Below, in pieces: positions 28,101-37,100 of a stretch of 40,966 nt of DNA. Below the pieces are notes generated by a model, which was given only the letters and a program-made list of their open reading frames with translations, was not told where the DNA came from and did not search any database. This DNA comes from Candidatus Zixiibacteriota bacterium. GTDB taxonomy: Bacteria > Zixibacteria > MSB-5A5 > WJJR01. Position 1 is the first letter of the stretch, and every line of letters starts with the position of its first letter. The position numbers and the translations under genes are program-made. Where the stretch lies: positions 1 through 40,966 of the forward strand of contig JAGVEK010000002.1 of assembly GCA_020058315.1 (NCBI GenBank). Direction: 5' to 3'.

Positions 28101-29663
28101 TTACTGCTTCTCGCTAGGCACCTCGGAAGATTCTGATATCTCCTCAGCTCGTGCCGCCATTGTGAGTCGGGAAGCGAATCCGGGATAGGCAAAATTGATA
28201 TCGTCGAGCATCGAGTTGACCAATCCCATTGCGTCTGGAGCTGAATCCTCCATCAGCCGATGTGACGGAAGCGGAACCCGATGGAATCTGTGTAGCGGGT
28301 TCATGCAATTGGTTAAGTTGGTATCACGCAACGCGCCCCACTGGCCGTGCACAAATCCAGATGGCCAACCGTAGAAACGGTCGTAGTCGCCCTTTGTGCC
28401 GGAATCCTCCGCCAACTTTCGCAAATCCTTCCCGCACCAATGCCCCAGATCCATCTGAACGTATTCCTGATAGAAATCCTCGTTGGCGAGAGCCTCAAGG
28501 GTGGCCTTCATAACAAATCGCGGCTTCTCCCCAGCAGTCTCCTCAAATTTCAGCAAGGCCAATTTTGCCTGCCCTGAACCGTATTTCCTGAACTTCTCCC
28601 ACATAGCGTCGTCACCGCAGTGAACCAAATAAGCGAACGATATCCGACATTCCGCCAGCGTGCGGAGCAGGACTCGGCCCGTGATTCCAAACCCGTTCGG
28701 TACCGCCAGAATTTCCAGCAGGCAGGATAATGCGAATAAGCCAAAGCCGAATACCGCATCGTGTTTGGCGTCCACTCCACTGGTAGCAAGAGTGCATGCC
28801 CAGTGATCGATCAAAGCATCTCGCACATCTTTCAGCTGCGTTGCAAAGGCATCGAAGTCGTGTTGCGAGCGATCCACCTTTGCTGGAGGCATTGGAGGCA
28901 TAGGGAGACATTGCGTCCGGTCGAGGCACTCCTTCCAGAAAGCTTCCGGCCATTCGCTTTGCTTCTCATCTCCGTCAAGCCCCATCGAAAAAGACATTTC
29001 CGTGGATCTGATGAATGGTCTCACGGACGCCATTTCTCCCCTGTTCGGATATTCCACCAACTCGTGCCACTCTTCTCGAAGCGACTCTGGGAACCTCAGC
29101 TCCCCCAATCCAATCTTGAATAGCAAGCTCAACCACCGAACGTCGGTGGCCTCTTGTGATTGATGATCGAAAGTCTTAAGCACCGAATCCCCTAGCGTCC
29201 GCCAATCGTCGTCGGCAGGAGTGGCAGCGAGCATCGCTCGCCAGATGTCTTTGCCTGGAAGACTCTCCAACAGCAAAAGTGGCCTCAGGGCTGCATACCC
29301 AAGAGGATGACGGATTACAGTTTTTACAATGCATTCGATGATTTCAACAGGCTGGGATGGAAGTGCTGACTGATTTAGGCTCCATCCCTTGGCCTTGGCG
29401 ACTCCGCTCTCGTCCCTATATTTCATGCCGACGGCAGCGATCTCGCGAAATGCCGACAACGCAGCGGCACGAGGAAGAACAGTCACCGTTAAGCATGCCC
29501 AAAGCATCTCAGGGAGCCGTTGGTTCGCCCACGACTGGAAAGAGACGCCAGGCAAGGTCATCATCGGAGGAATGAGCGCCTTTCCTACCCGTGAGTGACC
29601 TGCTAGCGGTGTTGAAAGCTTTCCATTTCCTTGACGGTACCCCGCCTTTTTCTTTTTAGCCAT
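28101..29663 (-). CDS. Large hypothetical protein
   Basis: Within ORF 28101..29684. The ATG at 29663 (MAKKKKAGY...) is preceded by GGGAGGAG at good spacing. 520 aa. No family recognised with confidence. Confidence 0.75.
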   Translation of the reverse strand: MAKKKKAGYRQGNGKLSTPLAGHSRVGKALIPPMMTLPGVSFQSWANQRLPEMLWACLTVTVLPRAAALSAFREIAAVGMKYRDESGVAKAKGWSLNQSALPSQPVEIIECIVKTVIRHPLGYAALRPLLLLESLPGKDIWRAMLAATPADDDWRTLGDSVLKTFDHQSQEATDVRWLSLLFKIGLGELRFPESLREEWHELVEYPNRGEMASVRPFIRSTEMSFSMGLDGDEKQSEWPEAFWKECLDRTQCLPMPPMPPAKVDRSQHDFDAFATQLKDVRDALIDHWACTLATSGVDAKHDAVFGFGLFALSCLLEILAVPNGFGITGRVLLRTLAECRISFAYLVHCGDDAMWEKFRKYGSGQAKLALLKFEETAGEKPRFVMKATLEALANEDFYQEYVQMDLGHWCGKDLRKLAEDSGTKGDYDRFYGWPSGFVHGQWGALRDTNLTNCMNPLHRFHRVPLPSHRLMEDSAPDAMGLVNSMLDDINFAYPGFASRLTMAARAEEISESSEVPSEKQ

Positions 29664-29704
29664 GAAACTCCTCCCGTCTGGCACAAATAATGGACCAATA
29701 ATCC

Positions 29705-29929
29705 CTACTGGGACAACATGAGAAATCTAATGGCGTCGACATTCCCTTGCTCCGCCGCGCGTCTAATCCATCGGTCCGCTTCAACTTCATCTTTTTGCAC
29801 GCCACGTCCCAAGGTATACCGAGCCCCAAGGTGATACTGGGCCGCCGCATTCCCGCGCTCTGCCGCTTTTTTATACCAGCGAACCGCTTCAGCGTCATCA
29901 ATTTGCACACCGCGGCCATCAGCGTACAT
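29705..29929 (-). CDS. Sel1/SLR-repeat protein, two repeats only (possibly a fragment)
   Basis: YADGRGVQIDDAEAVRWYKKAAERGNAAAQYHLGARYTLGRGVQKDEVEADRWIRRAAEQGN is the canonical Sel1 repeat pattern. Confidence 0.65.
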   Translation of the reverse strand: MYADGRGVQIDDAEAVRWYKKAAERGNAAAQYHLGARYTLGRGVQKDEVEADRWIRRAAEQGNVDAIRFLMLSQ

Positions 29930-29985
29930 ACGCCCCCCTTATTGTTCTTGTTCTTTTTAGTAGTGCTGCATCGTTGGACGCGATC

Positions 29986-31131
29986 TCAATCATCTCCGGA
30001 TACCCATGGAGCAGGAAGCTTATTTTTTAACGCTCCTTTTCCTGCGGATGACACAAATTGAATGACTATCGGCAGCACGAACATCACGATGGCAACCAAT
30101 ATCTCCGCTCCTTTTCCTGCCGATACAACAAATGCCAAATACCCCCATACCGCTATTGTTTGCACCACCTGAATATTTCTCTGAAGTATCCAGTGGGCTT
30201 TCAATGATGGGAATTGGCAAGCGTTCAGCTTTGCTCTGATATAAAAAAACTTGAAGAATGAAAACAAGCCAAATGTTAAAAAATTCACCACGGAAGTGAT
30301 GAACGCTATGCCGAACATTAGCCCATACGAACGCTCAATACTTTCTGTTTCTGCGGAAAGCGCCATGTCATCTTCTCGTTTTTGGCGCTCCAAGTCATCT
30401 TCTCTCAGCCTTTCTTCATTGGCCTTTCTCTCGGCCTCCCTTCTCTCGGTTTGACGCTTGGCGAGTGTGACTTTCACATAATCCTGAACCCGAAGCTTCG
30501 TGTATGCAATACGAGTCTTGGACGTGTCGCCAAGCGACTCAACCTCCGCCCTGGCCCACAACCCACTGTCAATGTGCCCTGCCGCAATTTCCTTGGCGAC
30601 GTGGGCGTAAATCGCATTAACGATAGCCTCTGGAAGCTTGTCATCCTCAATTATTCTGGAACCCTTGGGAATGGGTACAGGGTTCGACTGAGTTTCCCCG
30701 GGAAGGCTTTCGATGGAGCCTTCCTCACGAATGACCAAACAGCCGGCCATCATGTCGTGAAGGCATTGCCTGCGTTCGGTGAACAGACTCATTAAAAAAC
30801 CAATTCCAACAATCAAAGCCGACGGCAGCTTTCCGACAGCCCGCCCCAAAGCCCTCATGAATGAAATCCGATCACCATTCATATCAACAACCTTCAAACC
30901 CATCGCCTGTTTGCCAAACGTTGCCTGTCTCGGCGAGCTCTCCATCACTGCGAAATAAATCCAGAAGATCAACATTCCAAGACCATTAGCCGCTGATTTT
31001 GGATCAGGCAAGCTGGCAATGTAATTCGCCAGAAGCCAATGACCGGCGGCGACTGGCAAAATCAAAACGAGCACATCGATAAGCACGGCCGCCACTCTTT
31101 GTCCAAACCCCCCGTATGTAAATTTTTCCAT
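29986..31131 (-). CDS. RDD-domain membrane protein with coiled-coil and C-terminal TM region
   Basis: GGFGQRVAAVLIDVLVL...ATFGKQAMGLKVVD...RQCLHDMMAGCLVI is the RDD family pattern. It has an ERREAERKANEERLREDDLERQKRED linker and hydrophobic C-terminal helices. Confidence 0.75.
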   Translation of the reverse strand: MEKFTYGGFGQRVAAVLIDVLVLILPVAAGHWLLANYIASLPDPKSAANGLGMLIFWIYFAVMESSPRQATFGKQAMGLKVVDMNGDRISFMRALGRAVGKLPSALIVGIGFLMSLFTERRQCLHDMMAGCLVIREEGSIESLPGETQSNPVPIPKGSRIIEDDKLPEAIVNAIYAHVAKEIAAGHIDSGLWARAEVESLGDTSKTRIAYTKLRVQDYVKVTLAKRQTERREAERKANEERLREDDLERQKREDDMALSAETESIERSYGLMFGIAFITSVVNFLTFGLFSFFKFFYIRAKLNACQFPSLKAHWILQRNIQVVQTIAVWGYLAFVVSAGKGAEILVAIVMFVLPIVIQFVSSAGKGALKNKLPAPWVSGDD

Positions 31132-31140
31132 CTCGCCCCT

Positions 31141-31509
31141 TTATTGTTCTTGTTTTTTTGATTGACTGTTGAGTGTTAGCCCGTCGCTTACCCCAACCGC
31201 ATACCCCACAGCACCAGCCAACGCAATCATTACCAGGATGGCCGCCGCTGCTACGAACGCTCCCTTCCTCTTTATCCACTTCAAGTCCGACACCACCGAC
31301 GACATATCCTTAGCCAAGACTTCAACCCGTTGCGAAGCCATAGTCGCTTCCCAAACCCCGACCGCTTGCCAGACGTGGGGATGCTTCAAGTCGAAGCCAT
31401 GATCCAAAGCCCACTTCATGAACTTCACACGCCGCGACTCCGGCCATCCTTTCGTGCAGGAATCGAATGCCGACGGATGAGACCTGAGTTCGTTGGGCTT
31501 TGATGGCAT
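31141..31509 (-). CDS. Small membrane-anchored hypothetical protein
   Basis: The ATG at 31509 is preceded by AAGGAGG. 122 aa with a C-terminal TM segment AFVAAAAILVMIALAGAVGYAVGV. Confidence 0.65.
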   Translation of the reverse strand: MPSKPNELRSHPSAFDSCTKGWPESRRVKFMKWALDHGFDLKHPHVWQAVGVWEATMASQRVEVLAKDMSSVVSDLKWIKRKGAFVAAAAILVMIALAGAVGYAVGVSDGLTLNSQSKKQEQ

Positions 31510-31518
31510 CAACCCTCC

Positions 31519-32304
31519 TTAGCGGCCCAGCTTCTTGGCAACCCCGTCGATGACCGAGCGCCAGATATCACCCTGCCGCGTCCGATACTCGTCAATCCAT
31601 CCCGAGGTGATCATTCCGGCAATGGGATCGGTTGCTTCCGCGATTTGGCCGCACTCCGCGAGGCTTGCCTTTTCATTGGAGGCATAGCAGTTCGCGCCTT
31701 CGGAGTGCATCGTGGCCCCGAGGGCAAACAGCACGTCGTCGGGAAGCAACCTCTTGATTTCCTCGTACCGGGCAATCATCGCCGGATCCTTGCGCGCGTT
31801 TTCACTTTTCGGGTTGCCGACCACAAGGTATTGGGTGTCGGGGCCAAACAATTCGACAATCTCCCTGGCCGCCGCGAAGCTCTCAGCCTGCTCGTCGAAA
31901 GGCAGGACCACGACAAGCCGATACCCCGATTTCTCGAAAATCCGCCTCATGACCGTCTCATTGGGGAACAGGCCCCGAAGATCCTTGTCGGCACCTCCGG
32001 CCAGGTCGACCATGACGTAATCGGCGTCATGCTGAAGAGCCATCAAAATCGCCTTGCCCTGATCAGCCGTCGGGGCGGTCAGGTATGGCACCCCGCTCCA
32101 AATCTCCTGCCGATCAGGCGGAAGCAGATCACCATTTCCATTCTTGAGCCCGTAACGATTCGCCAGAACCATGTTCCGATAGTAGGCGTCGATGGCGATG
32201 GTTTTCACGCCGTTCTCATGCCTTAGGAAATCCAGCAGACTCACGGCCAGAAAAGATTTTCCGACACCGCCCTTGCGGCTTGCGAAGACAAAGCAGATTT
32301 TCAT
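31519..32304 (-). CDS. parA: ParA/MinD-family partition ATPase
   Basis: The Met at 32304 (MKICFVFASRKGGVGKS, a deviant Walker A) is preceded by AGGGAG. Later there is a DLAGG motif. Confidence 0.85.
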   Translation of the reverse strand: MKICFVFASRKGGVGKSFLAVSLLDFLRHENGVKTIAIDAYYRNMVLANRYGLKNGNGDLLPPDRQEIWSGVPYLTAPTADQGKAILMALQHDADYVMVDLAGGADKDLRGLFPNETVMRRIFEKSGYRLVVVLPFDEQAESFAAAREIVELFGPDTQYLVVGNPKSENARKDPAMIARYEEIKRLLPDDVLFALGATMHSEGANCYASNEKASLAECGQIAEATDPIAGMITSGWIDEYRTRQGDIWRSVIDGVAKKLGR

Positions 32305-32318
32305 TTTCGAACTCCCTT

Positions 32319-32828
32319 TCACTTTGATTTATCGGCTCCAAACACTTCATCACCCCATCCCGACCCGGAGTTCCCAAGCGGGAGGTAGTCTGTTTTTTCA
32401 CCGGTCGCGCCTTTATTCGGCTCGGATTTTCCAGATGGTGCCGCCCCCTCATGGGGGCGGCCGGCGGCGTTAGCCGCCGCAGTTTTTTCCTCAATTTCTG
32501 AGTTTTTCGGCCGAGCCGAAGGCGAGGCCGGCTGCGGTAGCCCTGCCAACGATTCGATTCTGATTTGCGGCTGGTTTTTCAGGCCCTCATCGAGCATCCT
32601 CTTGGCTTGCTCGACTTTTGCCGTGTCGATGCCTTGGGCTTTCTTCGCCCTTGAAAAAACCGTACAGGCCGAACCCGATGAAACGGGATGCCCCAACGCC
32701 TCCGAAAGCCTGTCGGCAATCCACGGCCATGAGCGACCCGTTTGCCGCAATGCCTCAATCTCGTTAACCAGCTTTGAAACAGCGACCGACAATCCCAGTC
32801 CGTCAAAGCCGCTCCTGATCACGAACAT
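32319..32828 (-). CDS. Hypothetical protein upstream of parA (possible DNA-binding/partition adaptor)
   Basis: The ATG at 32828 is preceded by GAGGAG. ~169 aa with an HTH-like [30 protein letters not shown] and a low-complexity C-terminus. Its stop overlaps the upstream end of the extended parA ORF (GTG at 32322, GTGA overlap); the preferred parA ATG is at 32304. Confidence 0.65.
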   Translation of the reverse strand: MFVIRSGFDGLGLSVAVSKLVNEIEALRQTGRSWPWIADRLSEALGHPVSSGSACTVFSRAKKAQGIDTAKVEQAKRMLDEGLKNQPQIRIESLAGLPQPASPSARPKNSEIEEKTAAANAAGRPHEGAAPSGKSEPNKGATGEKTDYLPLGNSGSGWGDEVFGADKSK

Positions 32829-32889
32829 GATCACCTCCTCTTGAAACGATCCCTATGTCATCTCACCGAGACGGTCCTCAGGCAACTTG

Positions 32890-33210
32890 CTGTTATGGAT
32901 TTCTGACAAATGGTCGTGATTTGTAATGCCGGGTCGTGAAAAATCCGACTCTGTCGTTGTTTGTTAGCGTTTGTTAGATAGCCGAATCAGCATGATCCAC
33001 ATTAAAAATGCAGGCTTCGGGCGGAAGCGGCGGAGCCGTCCAGGTCGACTTTCAGGGGACTGAACACGCATCCGACGACCTTCGGACATCGACGAGTCCC
33101 GATCAGCAGCATGTTGATTCCCGCGACTCCGTGTCCTACTTTGTGAGACCCAATCCGACAAAGTCGCGGCCTGTTGGCATCTGTTATGGATTGTTAGGGT
33201 TTGTTAGATG
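32890..33210. repeat. Cluster of short direct repeats in the parA / mob divergent intergenic region (candidate centromere/oriT-accessory sites)
   Basis: TTGTTAG occurs 4 times (32961, 32971, 33191, 33201), plus a CTGTTAT variant at 32890 and 33181. The longer units are GTTTGTTAGATAGCC (32969-32983) and GTTTGTTAGATGCC (33199-33212). CTGTTATGGATT occurs twice (32890, 33181). GGTCGTGA occurs twice (32912, 32932). Confidence 0.6.
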
Positions 33211-33563
33211 CCTCAAACCATCACGGCACAACCCACCCACGCGATATGACCCGCCACTTCGATGGGAACAGAGCTCAATAGCGCCAGCGAACCACCCCAT
33301 CAGGCACCTGCAGCACCTTGAAAACCGCCCCTCGGGACACTCCCTCGGGGGCAAAGCGGCGGCGTTAACACGCCGAACAGCATATAAAAAAACCACCCCC
33401 AAAAAGCAAGGGAAAAACCAAAGGCAGGATTTCGTTACACACCATCGCAGTAAACTGCCCTGCGGGCAAAGTCAAAACCATCAACAACGCCTCCGAAACG
33501 CAGGCAGGACAAGGGTCTGACGCCCCTTGAATTACAAATAATAAAAATGCCAGTCAAATGAAG

Positions 33564-33590
33564 GCAAACCCTTATCCCATGCGGGTTTGC
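33564..33590. other. Inverted repeat GCAAACCC-N11-GGGTTTGC upstream of the mob operon (oriT-type hairpin candidate)
   Basis: 8-bp perfect arms, ~100 nt upstream of the mobC-like start. Two TTGACT hexamers follow at 33635-33670. Confidence 0.4.
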
Positions 33591-33691
33591 TGGCGAAAAC
33601 ATTTACTTTTCATAATTCATTTCGGACGGACGGCCTTGACTCCAGCACTTTCCGGCGAGAGGCTTGACTGAACCGATAAGAAAAACAACAA

Positions 33692-34159
33692 GTGGAGACC
33701 GCCTTGGAGAGCGCAAAAAGACGCGGGCGACCGAGAAGCCATGGCCCGAGAGTCGTGACGATTCAGGTCCGTCTGACAGTGGAGGAGGATGCGCGGTTTG
33801 ATGCCGAAGCCGCTTCGCTGGGTGTCGACAAGGCCGAACTCGCCCGTCGCCGCATCTTCCAGAAGGACGAATCCGACGAAAACATACGAGTCGCACGCAT
33901 CCGCGCGGAAGAGATCGCCTCGCGTGTCGAAGCCGTTGAAAAGCTCCTTATCGACGCTGCCAGCCGCAGCACCAACACTCAAAAATTCGTTCAAGGCTCG
34001 TACCACGCGATCAAGGAATTGCAGAAGTCCGCCAAAGAACTTGACGGCAAACTCTCCGGCCTTGCCACCGCAAACGACATTGAAAAGCTCGGACCGCCCC
34101 TGGCCCAAATCGCCTCGGCATCGGAGAAAATTTCCAGGAATCTCGGAAATGGACGGTAG
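33692..34159 (+). CDS. MobC/TrwA-like relaxosome accessory protein (RHH N-terminus)
   Basis: GTG start. RGRPR...VVTIQVRLTVEEDARFDAEAASLGVDKAELARRRI is the typical RHH mobilisation-protein pattern. It lies directly upstream of the relaxase. Confidence 0.65.
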   Translation: METALESAKRRGRPRSHGPRVVTIQVRLTVEEDARFDAEAASLGVDKAELARRRIFQKDESDENIRVARIRAEEIASRVEAVEKLLIDAASRSTNTQKFVQGSYHAIKELQKSAKELDGKLSGLATANDIEKLGPPLAQIASASEKISRNLGNGR

Positions 34160-34162
34160 GAA

Positions 34163-37100
34163 ATGCTGTCCATATCCACCCTCCACTCGTTCGAGTATTA
34201 CGTCTCGGAAGGTCTGAAGGAGACTTTCAGCTATTACAGCGGACGGGGTGAGAACGGTGACGAACGGGAGCGGGATCCGGCCGGAAAGTGGGTAGGGAAA
34301 TACGCCGACCGGCTCGGGCTTCCGGCGCACGCGAAGATTGAGGATTTCGCCGCCCTCTATTTCGGTTTCGACCCGAACACCGGAAAGCCGCTAACCAAAA
34401 GCGCCGACCAGACTGGATGGCAACTTTTCAAAGTCAAACAACTGCTCGCCGATGAAAACTTAACAGGACCAAAACGGTTGCGGCTTGAACGAAGGGCGAG
34501 GAAACTCTCCGCGGAAATCGCCGGGCGGGACAAGAATAGCGCGTCATCCAAGAAGGGCAATGGCGCCAAAGGCGATGACGAGGAAGTAGCCAAGCCGCGG
34601 AAAAAGTCCGTTCATCGCCCAGGCGTCGACCTTACCTTCACCCCGCCGAAGGACTTCTCGCTTCTGTTGGCCGCCTCATCCCCGGCGGACCGGAAAAGGC
34701 TCCTGGCCATCTACCGTGAAGCGGTCGAGGAGACCCTTGAAAGCGTCGAGAGGGAGTTTGCCCAAACCCGCATTGTCATCAACAAGCCCGAGGCGGAAGG
34801 CGGAAAGGTTGTCGTCGCGGAAAAGACCAAGGGGCTCGCCATCCTGATGTTCGAGCACTTGGGCGCAAGGCCCGTCGGAGACAACGCTCCCGATCCCGAC
34901 GGACACTTTCATTGCCTTGTCATGTCCCCGGTCCTTTGCCAGGACGAGAAGACGCGAGCCCTCTTCTCCGACCGCATCAAAAGGAACATCAAGGCACTGG
35001 GCGCCGAGTCTCGGGCCAGATTGGCCTTGAAGCTCGCCGAACGCGAGGGCATCGAGGTCGTGCCCGACGAGCAAAAGCGGATCACCTCGTTTCGCCTGTC
35101 CGGCGTCGATGCCAAGGACCGCGTCTTTTTCTCCAAGCGCAGGGGACAGATCGAAGCCCTTATGGCGCAAAGCGGGGAGAAGGCCGGCCTTTCGACACTG
35201 AAAACCCGCGAGACCAAAGGCGACTGGGACCGCCAGGACCTGATCGACGATTGGAAGGGGACGATGGCCCAAAGGGGGATGAGCCGCGAGAGGATGCTCG
35301 CCCCGGATGCCAAGGCAAAGGGATGGACGGCCAGGACCGACGAGCAAATCGTCGCCGCCTTGCAGGACATGAAGGTCTACTTTTCAGTTCCGGAATTGCG
35401 GCAGTCCCTTTGGGAGGAGGCCCAGTTCATCCGACCGCCCGAGGGGCAAACGCTTTCGACATGGATTGACGGGCGCTTGAATGCCATCCTCAAGAATCCC
35501 GATCTCCTGCGAATCGAGCTGCCCGAGGACAGCATCGAGCAAAGGAGCGTTCGCGGCCAAAACGCGGACCACGAGCCGATCTTCACCACGAAGAGCCTCA
35601 TCCTCCGCGAAATCGCCTTGGACAAAGCCCTCGGCGTCCTTGGCGGGTCGAACAAACACGCCATCCCATGGGAGGTCGCCCTGACGCACGTCGAGGCCTT
35701 GGAAGTACGCAAAACGGCGGACTCAAAGGACAAGTGGAGCTATCGCGACGACCAGCGGGCGGCGATTGGCCAGGTTCTTTTCGGCGCCGACATCTGCTTT
35801 GTCCAAGCCTTCGCCGGAACGGGAAAAACGACCGCCGCCGCCGCGATGTTCGAGGTTTGGAAGAGCGAGGGGAAGAAGGTCTTCGGACTGGCCCCGTCCA
35901 ACAAGGCAACGGGCCAATTGGCGGATGACTGCGACCTGACCAAAAGCGAGGCAATGACGGTCGCAAAATTCCTCTACGACGTTGAGAAGGGAAAGCTCAA
36001 GGCCAAGGACATTGCCAACTCAATAATTTTCATCGACGAGGCCAGCATGGTCGGGTTCGACGATGCCGAGAAACTCATCGAACTTTCACTGGCGAACAAG
36101 TGCAAGATCGTTTTCCAGGGCGATTCCGAGCAGTTGCCATCGGTCCCCAAGGGCCGTTTCTTCGCCAACGCCGTTGAGCAACGGCTCGGAAGCGCCGCCG
36201 CAGAGCTAACCGTCATCACGAGGCAGCGTGAGCAGTGGGCCGCGGCAGCCACCGAAGCCGCCGCCAAGGGCCTCTTCGCCGAAGCCCTCGAAGCCTATGA
36301 CCAACGCGGCCTGATCAAGGCCGAAGGCAGTGACGAAAACCTGTATGACAGAATCGTTGAGGCCCACCTTGCCGACAAGAACGACTTCAAGGACAAGATC
36401 ATCGTCGCCTCGCGAAACTCGGATGTCGACGCGATCAACGCGCGGATCCGCCTTTCCCTTGTCAAACGAGGCAGGGTCGACACGGGACACGAACTTTTCT
36501 CCACCGTCGATGGCCGCGAGAAGCCGATGATGGTCGGGGCGAGGGACCGCATCGTCTTTTGCGCCAAGGCGGAAGGCGACGGGGCCACGGCCAACAACGG
36601 CGATCTGGCAACCGTCCTGTCCGTTGGCCGCCGCGACGACGACAGCCTTGACGTGAAGGTCAGGCTCGACCGTACCGGAACGGAGTTCTCGTTCAACACC
36701 GCCGAGTTCTCCGGCATCGATCACGCCTACGCGATTACCGTGCATAAATCACAAGGCGCAACTGTCAATTCTTGCAGGTATCTGTTCTCCGACTTTGTCT
36801 CTTCCGAGCTGGCTTACGTGGGCATGTCCCGCCATCGCGACAGCCTTGAAATCTTTGTGAGGGCCGACAGGAAGGACTCCATGGCCGGCATGATGGGCAA
36901 GAAGATCGAAAAATTCTCCGCACGGGATCTCGCCGACAACGCGACACTGGCGGAATTGAACCGCGAGGCCCAAGGGCTTTACGAAAAGGCGGTCGCAGGC
37001 AAGGCGCAATCGCTTGAAAAAATGCCCGCCATTGCGCAGGCGGCAGCATCCGCGCGCCAGTCCATTTCACCGACACGCCAACCGCCCGTCAGCCAACCCG

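Noticed and set aside
33510-33529. Hairpin CAAGGG-N8-CCCTTG followed by an A/T-rich tract, considered as a terminator.
   Set aside because: No upstream plus-strand gene ends here, and the stem is only 6 bp. It may be part of the oriT or promoter architecture, so I did not call it separately.
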